Source of the DNA: Candidatus Zixiibacteriota bacterium
Lineage (GTDB): Bacteria; Zixibacteria; MSB-5A5; CAIYYT01
NCBI GenBank assembly: GCA_040235515.1
Contig: JBECKX010000143.1
Location: forward strand, 1 to 48,120
Reading direction: 5' to 3'
Length of the DNA: 48,120 nucleotides
Under the pieces are notes generated by a model. It did not search any database. It was not told the DNA's origin and saw nothing but the letters and a program-made list of their open reading frames with translations. Made by a program: the position numbers and the translations under genes. Positions 20,530 to 29,427 of this stretch are shown here, piece after piece (the first letter of the stretch is position 1; each line of letters begins with the position of its first letter).

Positions 20530-22500
20530 ATGAAGCGCTCATTACTGTATGTCATGGTGGCGGCAATGAGCTTGCTGGCGCTACTAACGGTGGAGCTGCT
20601 GCCGGGGGAGCTGGGCAAAATCACAGGCAAGATTACGAACGCAAAGACGGGTGATCCGATTCCGTTTGCTGTGGTGACGATTGATGGCACGACCATGGGG
20701 GCGAAGGCAGATGGCGATGGCAAGTACGTGATCATTAACGTGCCGCCGGGTGAGTATTCAGTGACTGCAACGATCCAAGGTTACCAGAGCGTACGGGCAG
20801 AGAAGATTGTTGTAGCGGCCAACACGACGATCAAGTGTGATTTTCAACTTGAAGAGGCGGTACTGGAGTATGAACAACAATGTGTGACCGCTGAGCGAGA
20901 CCTGCTAAAGGCTAATAGTGCGACGGATGTCCGTCAGCAGAGCAGCGATAACATCAAGAAGATGCTTCTGTCCAAATCCGCGCTGGGCGAAGTGCATATT
21001 CGTGGCGGTCGTGCAAATGAAGTGCCGTATGTCGTTGGTGGAGTGCCAATCTCACCGGCTCACGGTGGCAACAGCCCGCCCAATGGGCAGCCGGTGGATG
21101 CGATGTTTTTTGAGCACTACGGGACTAACCCGTTTGTCTCCACGGAGGATGATCATCTCTCGACCTTTGCGATCGATGTGGACAATGGCTCCTACACGCT
21201 GGCGCGCAGTTATCTGAATGGTGGGAATCTGCCGCCGAAGGATGCGGTGCGGGTAGAGGAGTTCATTAACAATTTCAAGTATCACTACAAGCACCCCAGC
21301 GACGAAGCATTCACGATCGCGATCGAAGGGGCGCCGTCGAAGTTCGGTAAGGAACACTACAAGTTGATCAAGATCGGTATTGCGGGGAAGAAGATTGATG
21401 CGAGTAAGCGACTCGATGCCAATCTCGTCTTTGTAGTGGATGTCTCCGGATCGATGGGCCGGGACGAGCGTCTCGGCGCGGTGCGCAAGTCGCTGCGACT
21501 CCTGCTCGATCAGTTGAACCCGCGCGACCGGGTGGGCATCGTAGTGTATGGGAGTTCCGCCTACACTGTGCTCGAACCCACCTCCGTAAACGAGCGTGAA
21601 CGGATCATCAACGCGATCGAGCAGCTTTATCCGAGTGGTGCCACCAACGCGGAAGCGGGTATCAGATTGGGTTACCAGAAGATGGACCGCATCTTCGATT
21701 CGAGTAAGATTAACCGCATTATCCTGTGCTCCGATGGTGTCGCTAACGTCGGTCAGACCGGCGCTGAGGGTATTTTCGCCGAGATCAAGCGCTACGCGGA
21801 CAAGGGGATTACCCTGTCGGCGATCGGTTTTGGGATGGGCAACTACAATGATGTGTTGATGGAGAAGCTGGGTGATAAGGGTAATGGGCACTACGCATAC
21901 GTTGACAACTGGACGGAGGCAAAGCGGGTGTTCGAGGAGAATCTGACCGGGATGTTGCAGGTGATTGCGCGCGATGTCAAAATCCAGGTTGATTTCAATC
22001 CTGACGTCGTTGAGCGCTACCGACTGCTTGGCTATGAGAACCGTGATGTTGCCGATGATAAGTTTCGCGATGATAAAGAAGATGGTGGCGAGATCGGGTC
22101 GGGGCATATGGTGACCGCACTGTACGAGGTGCGCCTCAAGGATGGTGCGAAGGGCGATATCGGTAAGGTGTATGTGCGCTACAAGGATCCGATGAGTTTC
22201 GAAGTTTCGGAGACTTCACGTGCAATCAGCCAATCGACGCTGGCAAGCGCGTTTCATCGGACATCGACAGATTTCAGATTGGCTGCTGCGGCTGCAGAGT
22301 TTGCAGAGATCCTGCGCGAGAGCTACTGGGCGAAAGGGAGCGACCTGAGCGACGTGCTTGCGGTGCTGCGCACGATCGAGAATGAAGATTCGAATGAGCA
22401 GATCATCGAGCTGATGAACCTGGTGGCGCAGGCGGACAAGTTGATGGATGATAAGCAGAGGCTCGATGCAAATGAGCCGATCGGGTTGATTGAGAAATAG
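20530..22500 (+). CDS. Secreted vWA (YfbK/DUF3520-like) protein with N-terminal carboxypeptidase-regulatory-like domain
   Basis: GKITGKITNAKTGDPIPFA; STFAIDVD.GSY; VRVEEFIN; MIDAS DVSGS; SDGVAN; YRLLGYENR; GGAGGAG RBS. Confidence 0.9.
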   Translation: MKRSLLYVMVAAMSLLALLTVELLPGELGKITGKITNAKTGDPIPFAVVTIDGTTMGAKADGDGKYVIINVPPGEYSVTATIQGYQSVRAEKIVVAANTTIKCDFQLEEAVLEYEQQCVTAERDLLKANSATDVRQQSSDNIKKMLLSKSALGEVHIRGGRANEVPYVVGGVPISPAHGGNSPPNGQPVDAMFFEHYGTNPFVSTEDDHLSTFAIDVDNGSYTLARSYLNGGNLPPKDAVRVEEFINNFKYHYKHPSDEAFTIAIEGAPSKFGKEHYKLIKIGIAGKKIDASKRLDANLVFVVDVSGSMGRDERLGAVRKSLRLLLDQLNPRDRVGIVVYGSSAYTVLEPTSVNERERIINAIEQLYPSGATNAEAGIRLGYQKMDRIFDSSKINRIILCSDGVANVGQTGAEGIFAEIKRYADKGITLSAIGFGMGNYNDVLMEKLGDKGNGHYAYVDNWTEAKRVFEENLTGMLQVIARDVKIQVDFNPDVVERYRLLGYENRDVADDKFRDDKEDGGEIGSGHMVTALYEVRLKDGAKGDIGKVYVRYKDPMSFEVSETSRAISQSTLASAFHRTSTDFRLAAAAAEFAEILRESYWAKGSDLSDVLAVLRTIENEDSNEQIIELMNLVAQADKLMDDKQRLDANEPIGLIEK

Positions 22501-22713
22501 TTGAGTGCATCCTGGCGCGGTGCACGGGGACGTACACCGCGCACCCCTGCAATCGACTAGTGAGCTGGTGCTGACACGGGATATCTGAGAAAGGGGCAAC
22601 TGCGAGGGCAGGTTGAGGGAGCCTGCCCTTCTGGATTTTACTGCACCCTCCCGGTGATCAAGGGGGATTTTGAGGCGTGACAGAGGATTCGAGGGGTAGT
22701 AAGAAGGGCCACT

Positions 22714-22897
22714 GCTGCAACACACCCCTGCCTCCGAGCGCGTCACTTCGTGACGGTTTCGGAGTCGACCCCTCTCAAGAGGGGTTGGGCTACGACTCAC
22801 CGATCCTTGCAGTGAGATTTGGGCGGTTCGCAGGGCCGAGCTTTCGTGGTTCAGGCTCCTGAGTAGGAGAGATCGCCACGTCCCGGCTCCGCTGCGC
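22714..22897. repeat. ~184-bp direct repeat, copy 1 (family A variant)
   Basis: Near-identical to 23093-23276. Confidence 0.9.
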
Positions 22898-23000
22898 GGA
22901 GCCGATCCTCGCGATGACAATTCTTCGATCCACTGGATTAGAACAAGGCAGATACTTTTCCCGCTTCTACCTTCCGGCAATTGTGTGTAAGTGATGGATC

Positions 23001-23080
23001 TGTAGGTCACGCCTTCTTGAGGCGTGACAGAGGAATCTGGAGGCAGTAAAATGTCAAGCCCCGAGAGGGCTTGACCTACA
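23001..23080. repeat. REPIN-like inverted pair of GTAG-type REPs
   Basis: TGTAGGTCACGCCT..AGGCGTGACA (23001-23029) and inverted TGTCAAGCCC..GGGCTTGACCTACA (23052-23080). Confidence 0.8.
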
Positions 23081-23092
23081 TCTAGGTACACC

Positions 23093-23276
23093 GCTGCAAC
23101 ACACCCCCGCCCCCGAACACGTCACTTCGTGACGGTTTCGGAGTCGACCCCTCTCAAGAGGGGTTGGGCTACGACTCACCGATCCTTGCCGTGAGATTTG
23201 GGCGGTTCGCAAGTCCGAGCTTTCGTGGTTCAGGCTCCTGAGTAGGAGAGATCGCCACGTCCCGCGTCCGCTGCGC
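23093..23276. repeat. ~184-bp direct repeat, copy 2
   Basis: Near-identical to 22714-22897. Confidence 0.9.
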
Positions 23277-23331
23277 CGTGTCGGGTTTATTTTGTTGACG
23301 GTTCAGTCCGCCAAAGGCATCTTTGATCAGA

Positions 23332-25611
23332 ATGACTACCGAGACACCGGAATCAACGATACCGCAGTATCCGATCCTGCATTCCGATATCAGGATGCAG
23401 ACCGAGACTGTGGAGGGCGAAACCTTCTACAATCTCAAATCACCTCAGATCGCCAAGTATATCCGGCTGAGAGAACCTGAGTATTTCCTGCTGCAGCAGT
23501 TCGATGGTACACGCACGGTTGAGGATGCTGCGGAGGAGTTTATCCGCACGTTCAAGAAGACGATCACGCCGGAGGCTGTTGCGGGATTCGTGAGTCAGCT
23601 CTCAAAGCTGGGATTTTTCGAGGGGATCTCAGCGGCCAAGGTTCGCAAAAACAAGTCGGTGCTGGCGATTCGACTGCGGACGATTAACCCCGACAGGTTC
23701 CTTGACTGGTTCCACCCGAAGATCAAGCTGTTCCTGACTCCGGGCATGATATTCGTCGAGAGTCTCTTCATTCTCGCGGGCGCGCTGGTTTTCTTCGCGA
23801 ACATAGAACATTTCAGCTTCAATCTTCTGCAGTTGTATGGCGCAGCGGATATTGCGACGATCATCCTCTCGCTCTTTGCGATTTTCATCGTGCATGAGTT
23901 TGCTCACGCGGTTGTATGCAAGCATTTCGGCGGATCGGTCACCGAGATTGGAGTGCTTCTGCTTTACTTCCAGCCGTGCGTATTCTGCAACCTGTCTGAC
24001 GCTTATCTTTTTCCTGAGAAGCGTCAACGTCTGCTGGTGATGTTTGCGGGGGTGTTTTTCCAGCTGATCCTCTGGTCGGCGTTCACGATTTTGTGGCGGA
24101 TAACAAATGAAGGGTATCTGCTGAATCGGGTTTTTTATCTGACGTCGGCGGTGTCATTTGCGACGCTGGTATTCAACTTCAATCCGGCCATCAAGCTCGA
24201 CGGCTACTATATCCTGGCTGATTGGCTGCAAATCCCGAATCTTCGCCAGAAGGCGTTTGCATTTTTGTGGAGCAGGACGAAATCCGGCGTCTTCGGTTGT
24301 ACTCCCGATTTTGAGGCGCCCAGTAAGCGTGAGGCGAAGATCTACTGGCGCTACGGGGTGGTGTCGGTGCTCTACTCCGGGTTTCTGATCGGGTTCGTGG
24401 TTTACCGAGCCGGTGAGCTATTCGTCAAGGAATGGGGTGGAACCGGATTTGTATTGTTCACGATTCTTTCTTTGGTTATCTTCAATGGATTGCTTCGCTC
24501 GTTCGGAAGCAAGATAGCGGAAGTTTGGAGAGAGAGGAAGCGGGTCTGGATGAAGCCTAAGCGTCTGATCGCTTACAGCATCGTTATCGCCGTAATCGTA
24601 CTGCTGGCGGTATTCGTACAGATCAACCAAACTGCGGGGGGACCGGCGCGTCTGATTGCGGCGGAATCATTCGTGATTTCGAGGATCGCTCCAAGTTTGC
24701 TGGAGACATCTTATTACAAGGGGGGAGTGCTCGAACGAAATTCCTCACAGATATTCAATATTGCAGCATACGACTACTCGGTGACCAAGGTGATCCCTGA
24801 GGTTGCGGTCGGGGATACGGTGGAGGCGGGAGATACGCTGCTCGTCATCAATTCGTTGCTGAGCCAGGGATTGCTGGCCGAGGCGCGCTCTGATTTGCAG
24901 AAGGCTGAAGCGGAACGACGCTTGTTGCTCTCCGATCCGAAGAACGAGGAGATTGCTCAGAAGAAGTCGATGGTGAAGGAGGCGGAGGCTGTTTACGAGA
25001 AGGCGCGCAAGGAGTTTAACCGCACCAAGGAGTTGTACGAGAAGCAGTTCGTATCGGAGGATGAGTACGAGAAGGCTGCGGCTTCATTCAATGTCGCCTA
25101 TTCTGCCTGGGACACCCGCAAGCATGAGCTTGAATTGCTGATGGCCGGTCCGCGCGCGGAGGAGATCAATAAAATCGATGCTGAGATATCAAAGCTGGAA
25201 TCACGCGTGGAGTATCTTGAGGAGCAGTATGAGGCATCGGTTATCACGTGTCCTTTCAGTGGTGTGCTGGTTGGGTCGTCGCGAGAACGAGATCTACTCC
25301 ATCTGGCGCGGATTGACACATTGATCGTCGAAGTAAAACTTGAGGAGGGGGATCTGGATATCCTCAACCCCGGCAATGATCTCGAGCTGCGGGTGAATGC
25401 ATTTCCGACCGAGCCGGAGCATGGAAAGGTGATCAAGCTCAAGCTTTCGCCAGATCTGACCGCCGTTGCGGCGGTTGCGAACCGGAGCAACCGGCTGCTG
25501 CCAGACATGAACGGTTATGCAAAAGTGGACTGTGGAAGTACGTCAATTGCGAGTTTGTCGATCAGAAAGGTGATGAGATTCTTCCGTTTAGAGTTTTGGT
25601 CCTGGTTTTAG
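23332..25611 (+). CDS. PqqD/RRE-like + M50 intramembrane Zn protease + HlyD adaptor fusion
   Basis: N-terminal EYFLLQQFDGTRTVEDA..FVSQLSKLGF (PqqD-like); HEFAH and NFNPAIKLDG (M50); VAVGDTV..GD, coiled coil, ITCPFSG (HlyD). Start 23323 or 23332. Confidence 0.85.
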   Translation: MTTETPESTIPQYPILHSDIRMQTETVEGETFYNLKSPQIAKYIRLREPEYFLLQQFDGTRTVEDAAEEFIRTFKKTITPEAVAGFVSQLSKLGFFEGISAAKVRKNKSVLAIRLRTINPDRFLDWFHPKIKLFLTPGMIFVESLFILAGALVFFANIEHFSFNLLQLYGAADIATIILSLFAIFIVHEFAHAVVCKHFGGSVTEIGVLLLYFQPCVFCNLSDAYLFPEKRQRLLVMFAGVFFQLILWSAFTILWRITNEGYLLNRVFYLTSAVSFATLVFNFNPAIKLDGYYILADWLQIPNLRQKAFAFLWSRTKSGVFGCTPDFEAPSKREAKIYWRYGVVSVLYSGFLIGFVVYRAGELFVKEWGGTGFVLFTILSLVIFNGLLRSFGSKIAEVWRERKRVWMKPKRLIAYSIVIAVIVLLAVFVQINQTAGGPARLIAAESFVISRIAPSLLETSYYKGGVLERNSSQIFNIAAYDYSVTKVIPEVAVGDTVEAGDTLLVINSLLSQGLLAEARSDLQKAEAERRLLLSDPKNEEIAQKKSMVKEAEAVYEKARKEFNRTKELYEKQFVSEDEYEKAAASFNVAYSAWDTRKHELELLMAGPRAEEINKIDAEISKLESRVEYLEEQYEASVITCPFSGVLVGSSRERDLLHLARIDTLIVEVKLEEGDLDILNPGNDLELRVNAFPTEPEHGKVIKLKLSPDLTAVAAVANRSNRLLPDMNGYAKVDCGSTSIASLSIRKVMRFFRLEFWSWF

Positions 25612-25615
25612 GCGG

Positions 25616-25663
25616 CTACTATATATAGTGGACAAGGGGATGGTCGTTGCCACTATCTTGTGT
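25616..25663. promoter_or_regulatory. Tandem NrdR-box-like sites
   Basis: ctaCTATATATAGtgg (25616-25631) and tgcCACTATCTTGtgt (25648-25663), 32 bp apart. Confidence 0.5.
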
Positions 25664-25683
25664 TTTGTCAAGGAGTTACGCTA

Positions 25684-25741
25684 CAAACTGTGACGCAGGA
25701 CTCAAAATAAGTTTGACAGAGTCACAGTTTGGTCGTATACT
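25684..25741 (+). promoter_or_regulatory. Sigma70 promoter with overlapping 11-bp inverted repeat
   Basis: TTGACA(25713)-17-TATACT(25736); CAAACTGTGAC (25684-25694) / GTCACAGTTTG (25721-25731). Confidence 0.8.
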
Positions 25742-25905
25742 TAAAGAGTAATATTTTGACTTGGGGGTGTGTCCGAAGCACAGGTCCGGATGCCGGCTCA
25801 ATCATCGAGTCAAAACATGGGACGTAAAAACACGTCACATCATCGCGATACCGATGTGACGTCGTGGTAACCGGTTCACTCAACTCATAGGAGGAGGTGA
25901 AGGCT

Positions 25906-25986
25906 TTGGAGAACTATAATCTTCGCATCGAGGAGTTAGAGGACAAGGTCGCACCCTCGCCGTACAGCGTGGGAGGACAAGTCTAA
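25906..25986 (+). CDS. 26-aa putative RiPP/signal precursor peptide MENYNLRIEELEDKVAPSPYSVGGQV
   Basis: AGGAGGTGA RBS just before TTG; own promoter and terminator; ELExxxAP leader-like motif; next to RRE-M50 fusion. Confidence 0.8.
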   Translation: MENYNLRIEELEDKVAPSPYSVGGQV

Positions 25987-26008
25987 CTTGCACCTCAACC
26001 GGTTTAGT

Positions 26009-26043
26009 AAAAGGACCGCCCGCAACGCGGTCCTTTTCTTTTT
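26009..26043. terminator. Bidirectional intrinsic terminator
   Basis: AAAAGGACCGC/GCGGTCCTTTT stem with A and T tails, between convergent genes. Confidence 0.85.
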
Positions 26044-26091
26044 GGCTACTTCTGCCTGTTGCTAACTTCGTCCGGGGAATTCGTTCCCGTG

Positions 26092-29000
26092 TTAGCTGAC
26101 CAACTCACGCATCTCGCGCAGACGGTCGGCGACGATCAATTTGTTGTCATCCTCAACGAAAAGCTCCCGCAGGTGCTCATCGCTGATGCTTCTTGCGAGC
26201 ATCTGGATTGTCTCAAACGCGCCGATGTAGGCGCTCATAGCTTTTTCATATTTCCGCAATTCGCGGAACGCTTCACCTGCAATCAGCAATGCCTGCCATT
26301 CGATTTCTTTGATGCCGAGAGCTCTGGCAGACTCGGCCGATTCGATCGCGTATTCGGCTGCGAGGTTGATATCGCCGTTGGAAAATGCCAGCCAAGCTTT
26401 TGAGTAGAGGCATTCGGGTTCAAAGGGTTTGAATATCTCCATCGAGCGTGATTGTTCAAGCTCCGCAATGATGAGAGCGGCGTCCTGCAATTGATCCTGC
26501 TCGAGGTGCCATTGCAGTTGTGCCAGGCGGATCATCATCAATTCGCGCCGCGCCGGGAGGTCAGCGATCAGGCGAGCAGCTTTGGTCAACTCAGACTCAA
26601 CCGTGCCGCCTGAATCACCCTCGGCGAGAGCAATCCGAGCAGACTTGATATGCACCTGCGCCATAGCTTTGGAATCACCCAGTTTTTTGGCATCCTCCAT
26701 CGCCTTGTCGATCCAGGCTCTTGCGGTCGCGAAATCGCGCACCACTCGAGCGAAATCGCAGAAGGCTGCTGAGAGTCGTGCGCTCAGGATATGATCGGTG
26801 ACCTGCTGTTCCAGAGGAGCGACGGTGTTCAGATACTTCGCGGCCTTCCCGTAGTTTCCGGTCGCCAGCATCAGCTCCGCCAGGTAGCACACGAAAGTTG
26901 CGCGAGAACTGACATCATTCTTGTTGCTGCGTCTCAGTCCGGTAGTGAGCCAGTTGAGCGCGCGTTTGTAGTGACCTCCGCGGTATTCCAGTTCGTAGAG
27001 GTTATCGTAATTGTAGGGCAGTTCGTTCTCGGCGCCGAGGTCGAGGTTGATTTCGAGCGCTTCTTTCAGGTATTCACGCGCTTTGGCGATCCGGTCAGCG
27101 TCAAGGCTGGCGCGGGCAAGATTGTTGAGCGAGCGCGCGAGTTCGAGTCTGTCGTTGAGTTCGCGTTTGATTGCAATCGACTCCTCATAGAGTTCGATCG
27201 CAGGCTCGAGGTCTTGTTGAACTGCCATCACCGTACCGAGGTTAGAGAGCGTAGAGGCGATGTCCCGGCGCACATTGAGTCGGCGCTGAATCTCGAGCGC
27301 GCGATGATAATCCTGCGCAGCGCCTTTGAGATCTCCGGCAATCCAGTGCAGGTTACCGATGTTGTTGAAGCAGTGCGAGAGTTCCAGTTCGTTGCCGGCC
27401 TTCTCGTAATATTCTGTCGCTTTGGCCAGCGCACGCAATCCGCGGGCGAACTGGCGTTTGTCTTTGTAGCTATCCCCGACGCGCTTGTATGCTTCCGCCA
27501 GTATTGCGGTATCGTTGAGCCTGTTCGCGTTGCGGATCACGAAGGAGAAGATGCGTAATGCTTCGTCCACCTTGCCGAGTTTCTTGGCGGCAGCGGCGAG
27601 ATGGATGAAGTACCAGAGCACCGGTTCGGTTGGCGATGATTCGGTCGCCAGGCGGCGCACACGCGATAAGACCTCATACGCTTCTTCAAAATCCTGGTTC
27701 GCCGAATGGAGCTGGGCGAACTTGATTGAGGCGGCGATTGCCTCCTCGGGGAGCATCGCAGCGACATAATGCTCGTAGAGGTAGCGAATTTTGCTGTCGT
27801 CATCGCCCTGGTCTGATGCCTGCAGATGGGCGATCCACTCGGCATGGAATTGGCGGCGTTCGTTCAGATCGAGCGCATGGTGGAAGTAGAGGCGCATGTA
27901 GGAACGAACAAAGCGCTGCTGTTTGTCGCTGAGAATGCCTGCTTGCGTTAGCGCCGCCAGATCAGCCTGGCTGACGAGTCGAGAGCTGACGAGGTTTTCC
28001 ACGGGATACCCGGAGTTGTCGCAGGCGAGGAATGCCGCGACAGGAACGATATTGTGATCGACTTCGGGCATCAGGGTAGCGAGCTTGTCCCAGTATTCAT
28101 CGTCGGGCGTGAAGCGGTCGATTTCATCGGGGGGGAGTCCGAGACGAAGTTTACGGATATCGAGGTAACCCTGGTGCTGAAGCGATACCAGCAAGAGGGA
28201 GAGCAGGGCAAGGTTGCCGGCCGTGTAGTCCTGGATGAGCGACTGATAGCGGGGCAGCAGGTCGCGGCGCAGTATTTTGCTTGAGAGTCTCATCAGGCTG
28301 TCGTGCGTGATCTCGGGATACTCGATCAGCTTCGCGGATGCCGCTGACTGGTTCAGCCGTTGCTGCAGTTGAATCGAGCCACCGGTGTCGGATTCGGTGG
28401 AGAATCGTATCAGGCGATTCTGGTGGTCGATCTCGACATGGCAGAATGATGTTTTCAGGTAGTCGGTGATACATTCGAAGAGTCCCGATTCCGGGTCTTG
28501 CAGGTTGTCCGCGATGAACAGGTCGCCTTCCATCTCCTTGAACTCCTGCATACAGAAGCTGAAATTGAAGGAGCGGAAGTGGTGATGGACATAGTTACGG
28601 ATATCGGGGCTTTCGATCACTTGCGGATCGACAAGACGCTCGCCGAGCAGGTGATCGATGAACGAGCGAGCCGTTGAGATGCGCTCCTCGACGTTGGGAT
28701 GGAGGGCTTTTCTGAGGAATTCAACGGTGCGAGCGCTGATGAGAGATTCGATATCGTCCCAGTCGATACTTTCGAGATCCTGCTTTGCCGCCACGACTTT
28801 GAGCGGATCGGTTCCGGCAAACGGCAGCTTGCCGGTTACGAGCCGGTAGAGGGTGACGCCGAGGGAGTAGATGTCTGAGGCGATCGTTGCGCCTTCATTT
28901 CGCATGATCTCAGGGGCCATATATTCGAGGGTGCCGCTGCGGTCGCGGTCGGCAGAGCCTGATGAGATGGCGAGTCCGAGATCGCTGATGCGCGGTGTGC

Positions 29001-29418
29001 CATCCTGGGCGATCAGGACATTCTCACCCTTGATATCGCGGTGGATCAGGCCGACGTTGTGGAGGTATTCGAACCCGGTGAGGGTTTGCGCGAACAGCCG
29101 CAGGCGATGCTCCAGGGGCAGCTTATCGGATGCCTGGTAGAGGTCTCCGCCCTGACAGAGTTCCATGACGATGAATGGCCTGCCATCCTCCATACAGCCG
29201 AAGTCGAAGAGGGAGACTACAGCGGTATGCTTGAGACTCCTGAGCAGAGTGTACTCGGTCGTGAATGAGTGACGAGCTGCGGGAGTGTTCTCGTGGGCAA
29301 TCTTGACTGCAACGGTCCCCAGTTCAGGGTGGTTGGCAGACCAGACTTCACCCCCACCGCCCGTGCCAACCCTTTCGACTGCCGCAAGCTCTGCGGATGC
29401 TGGAAACCGCATCGCCAT
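26092..29418 (-). CDS. Ser/Thr protein kinase with C-terminal TPR array
   Basis: GTGGGGEV, VAVK, HRDIKGEN, DLG, GTLEYMAPE; repeats such as ASTLSNLG..A...YEESIAI. Confidence 0.92.
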   Translation of the reverse strand: MAMRFPASAELAAVERVGTGGGGEVWSANHPELGTVAVKIAHENTPAARHSFTTEYTLLRSLKHTAVVSLFDFGCMEDGRPFIVMELCQGGDLYQASDKLPLEHRLRLFAQTLTGFEYLHNVGLIHRDIKGENVLIAQDGTPRISDLGLAISSGSADRDRSGTLEYMAPEIMRNEGATIASDIYSLGVTLYRLVTGKLPFAGTDPLKVVAAKQDLESIDWDDIESLISARTVEFLRKALHPNVEERISTARSFIDHLLGERLVDPQVIESPDIRNYVHHHFRSFNFSFCMQEFKEMEGDLFIADNLQDPESGLFECITDYLKTSFCHVEIDHQNRLIRFSTESDTGGSIQLQQRLNQSAASAKLIEYPEITHDSLMRLSSKILRRDLLPRYQSLIQDYTAGNLALLSLLLVSLQHQGYLDIRKLRLGLPPDEIDRFTPDDEYWDKLATLMPEVDHNIVPVAAFLACDNSGYPVENLVSSRLVSQADLAALTQAGILSDKQQRFVRSYMRLYFHHALDLNERRQFHAEWIAHLQASDQGDDDSKIRYLYEHYVAAMLPEEAIAASIKFAQLHSANQDFEEAYEVLSRVRRLATESSPTEPVLWYFIHLAAAAKKLGKVDEALRIFSFVIRNANRLNDTAILAEAYKRVGDSYKDKRQFARGLRALAKATEYYEKAGNELELSHCFNNIGNLHWIAGDLKGAAQDYHRALEIQRRLNVRRDIASTLSNLGTVMAVQQDLEPAIELYEESIAIKRELNDRLELARSLNNLARASLDADRIAKAREYLKEALEINLDLGAENELPYNYDNLYELEYRGGHYKRALNWLTTGLRRSNKNDVSSRATFVCYLAELMLATGNYGKAAKYLNTVAPLEQQVTDHILSARLSAAFCDFARVVRDFATARAWIDKAMEDAKKLGDSKAMAQVHIKSARIALAEGDSGGTVESELTKAARLIADLPARRELMMIRLAQLQWHLEQDQLQDAALIIAELEQSRSMEIFKPFEPECLYSKAWLAFSNGDINLAAEYAIESAESARALGIKEIEWQALLIAGEAFRELRKYEKAMSAYIGAFETIQMLARSISDEHLRELFVEDDNKLIVADRLREMRELVS

Positions 29419-29427
29419 AAGGAATCT

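Noticed and set aside
22216..23091. 291-aa minus-strand ORF
   Set aside because: Runs through the repeat mosaic and antisense to the vWA gene.
25643..25671. Minus-strand promoter at TTGACA 25671
   Set aside because: No usable -10 at the expected spacing (AACGAC).
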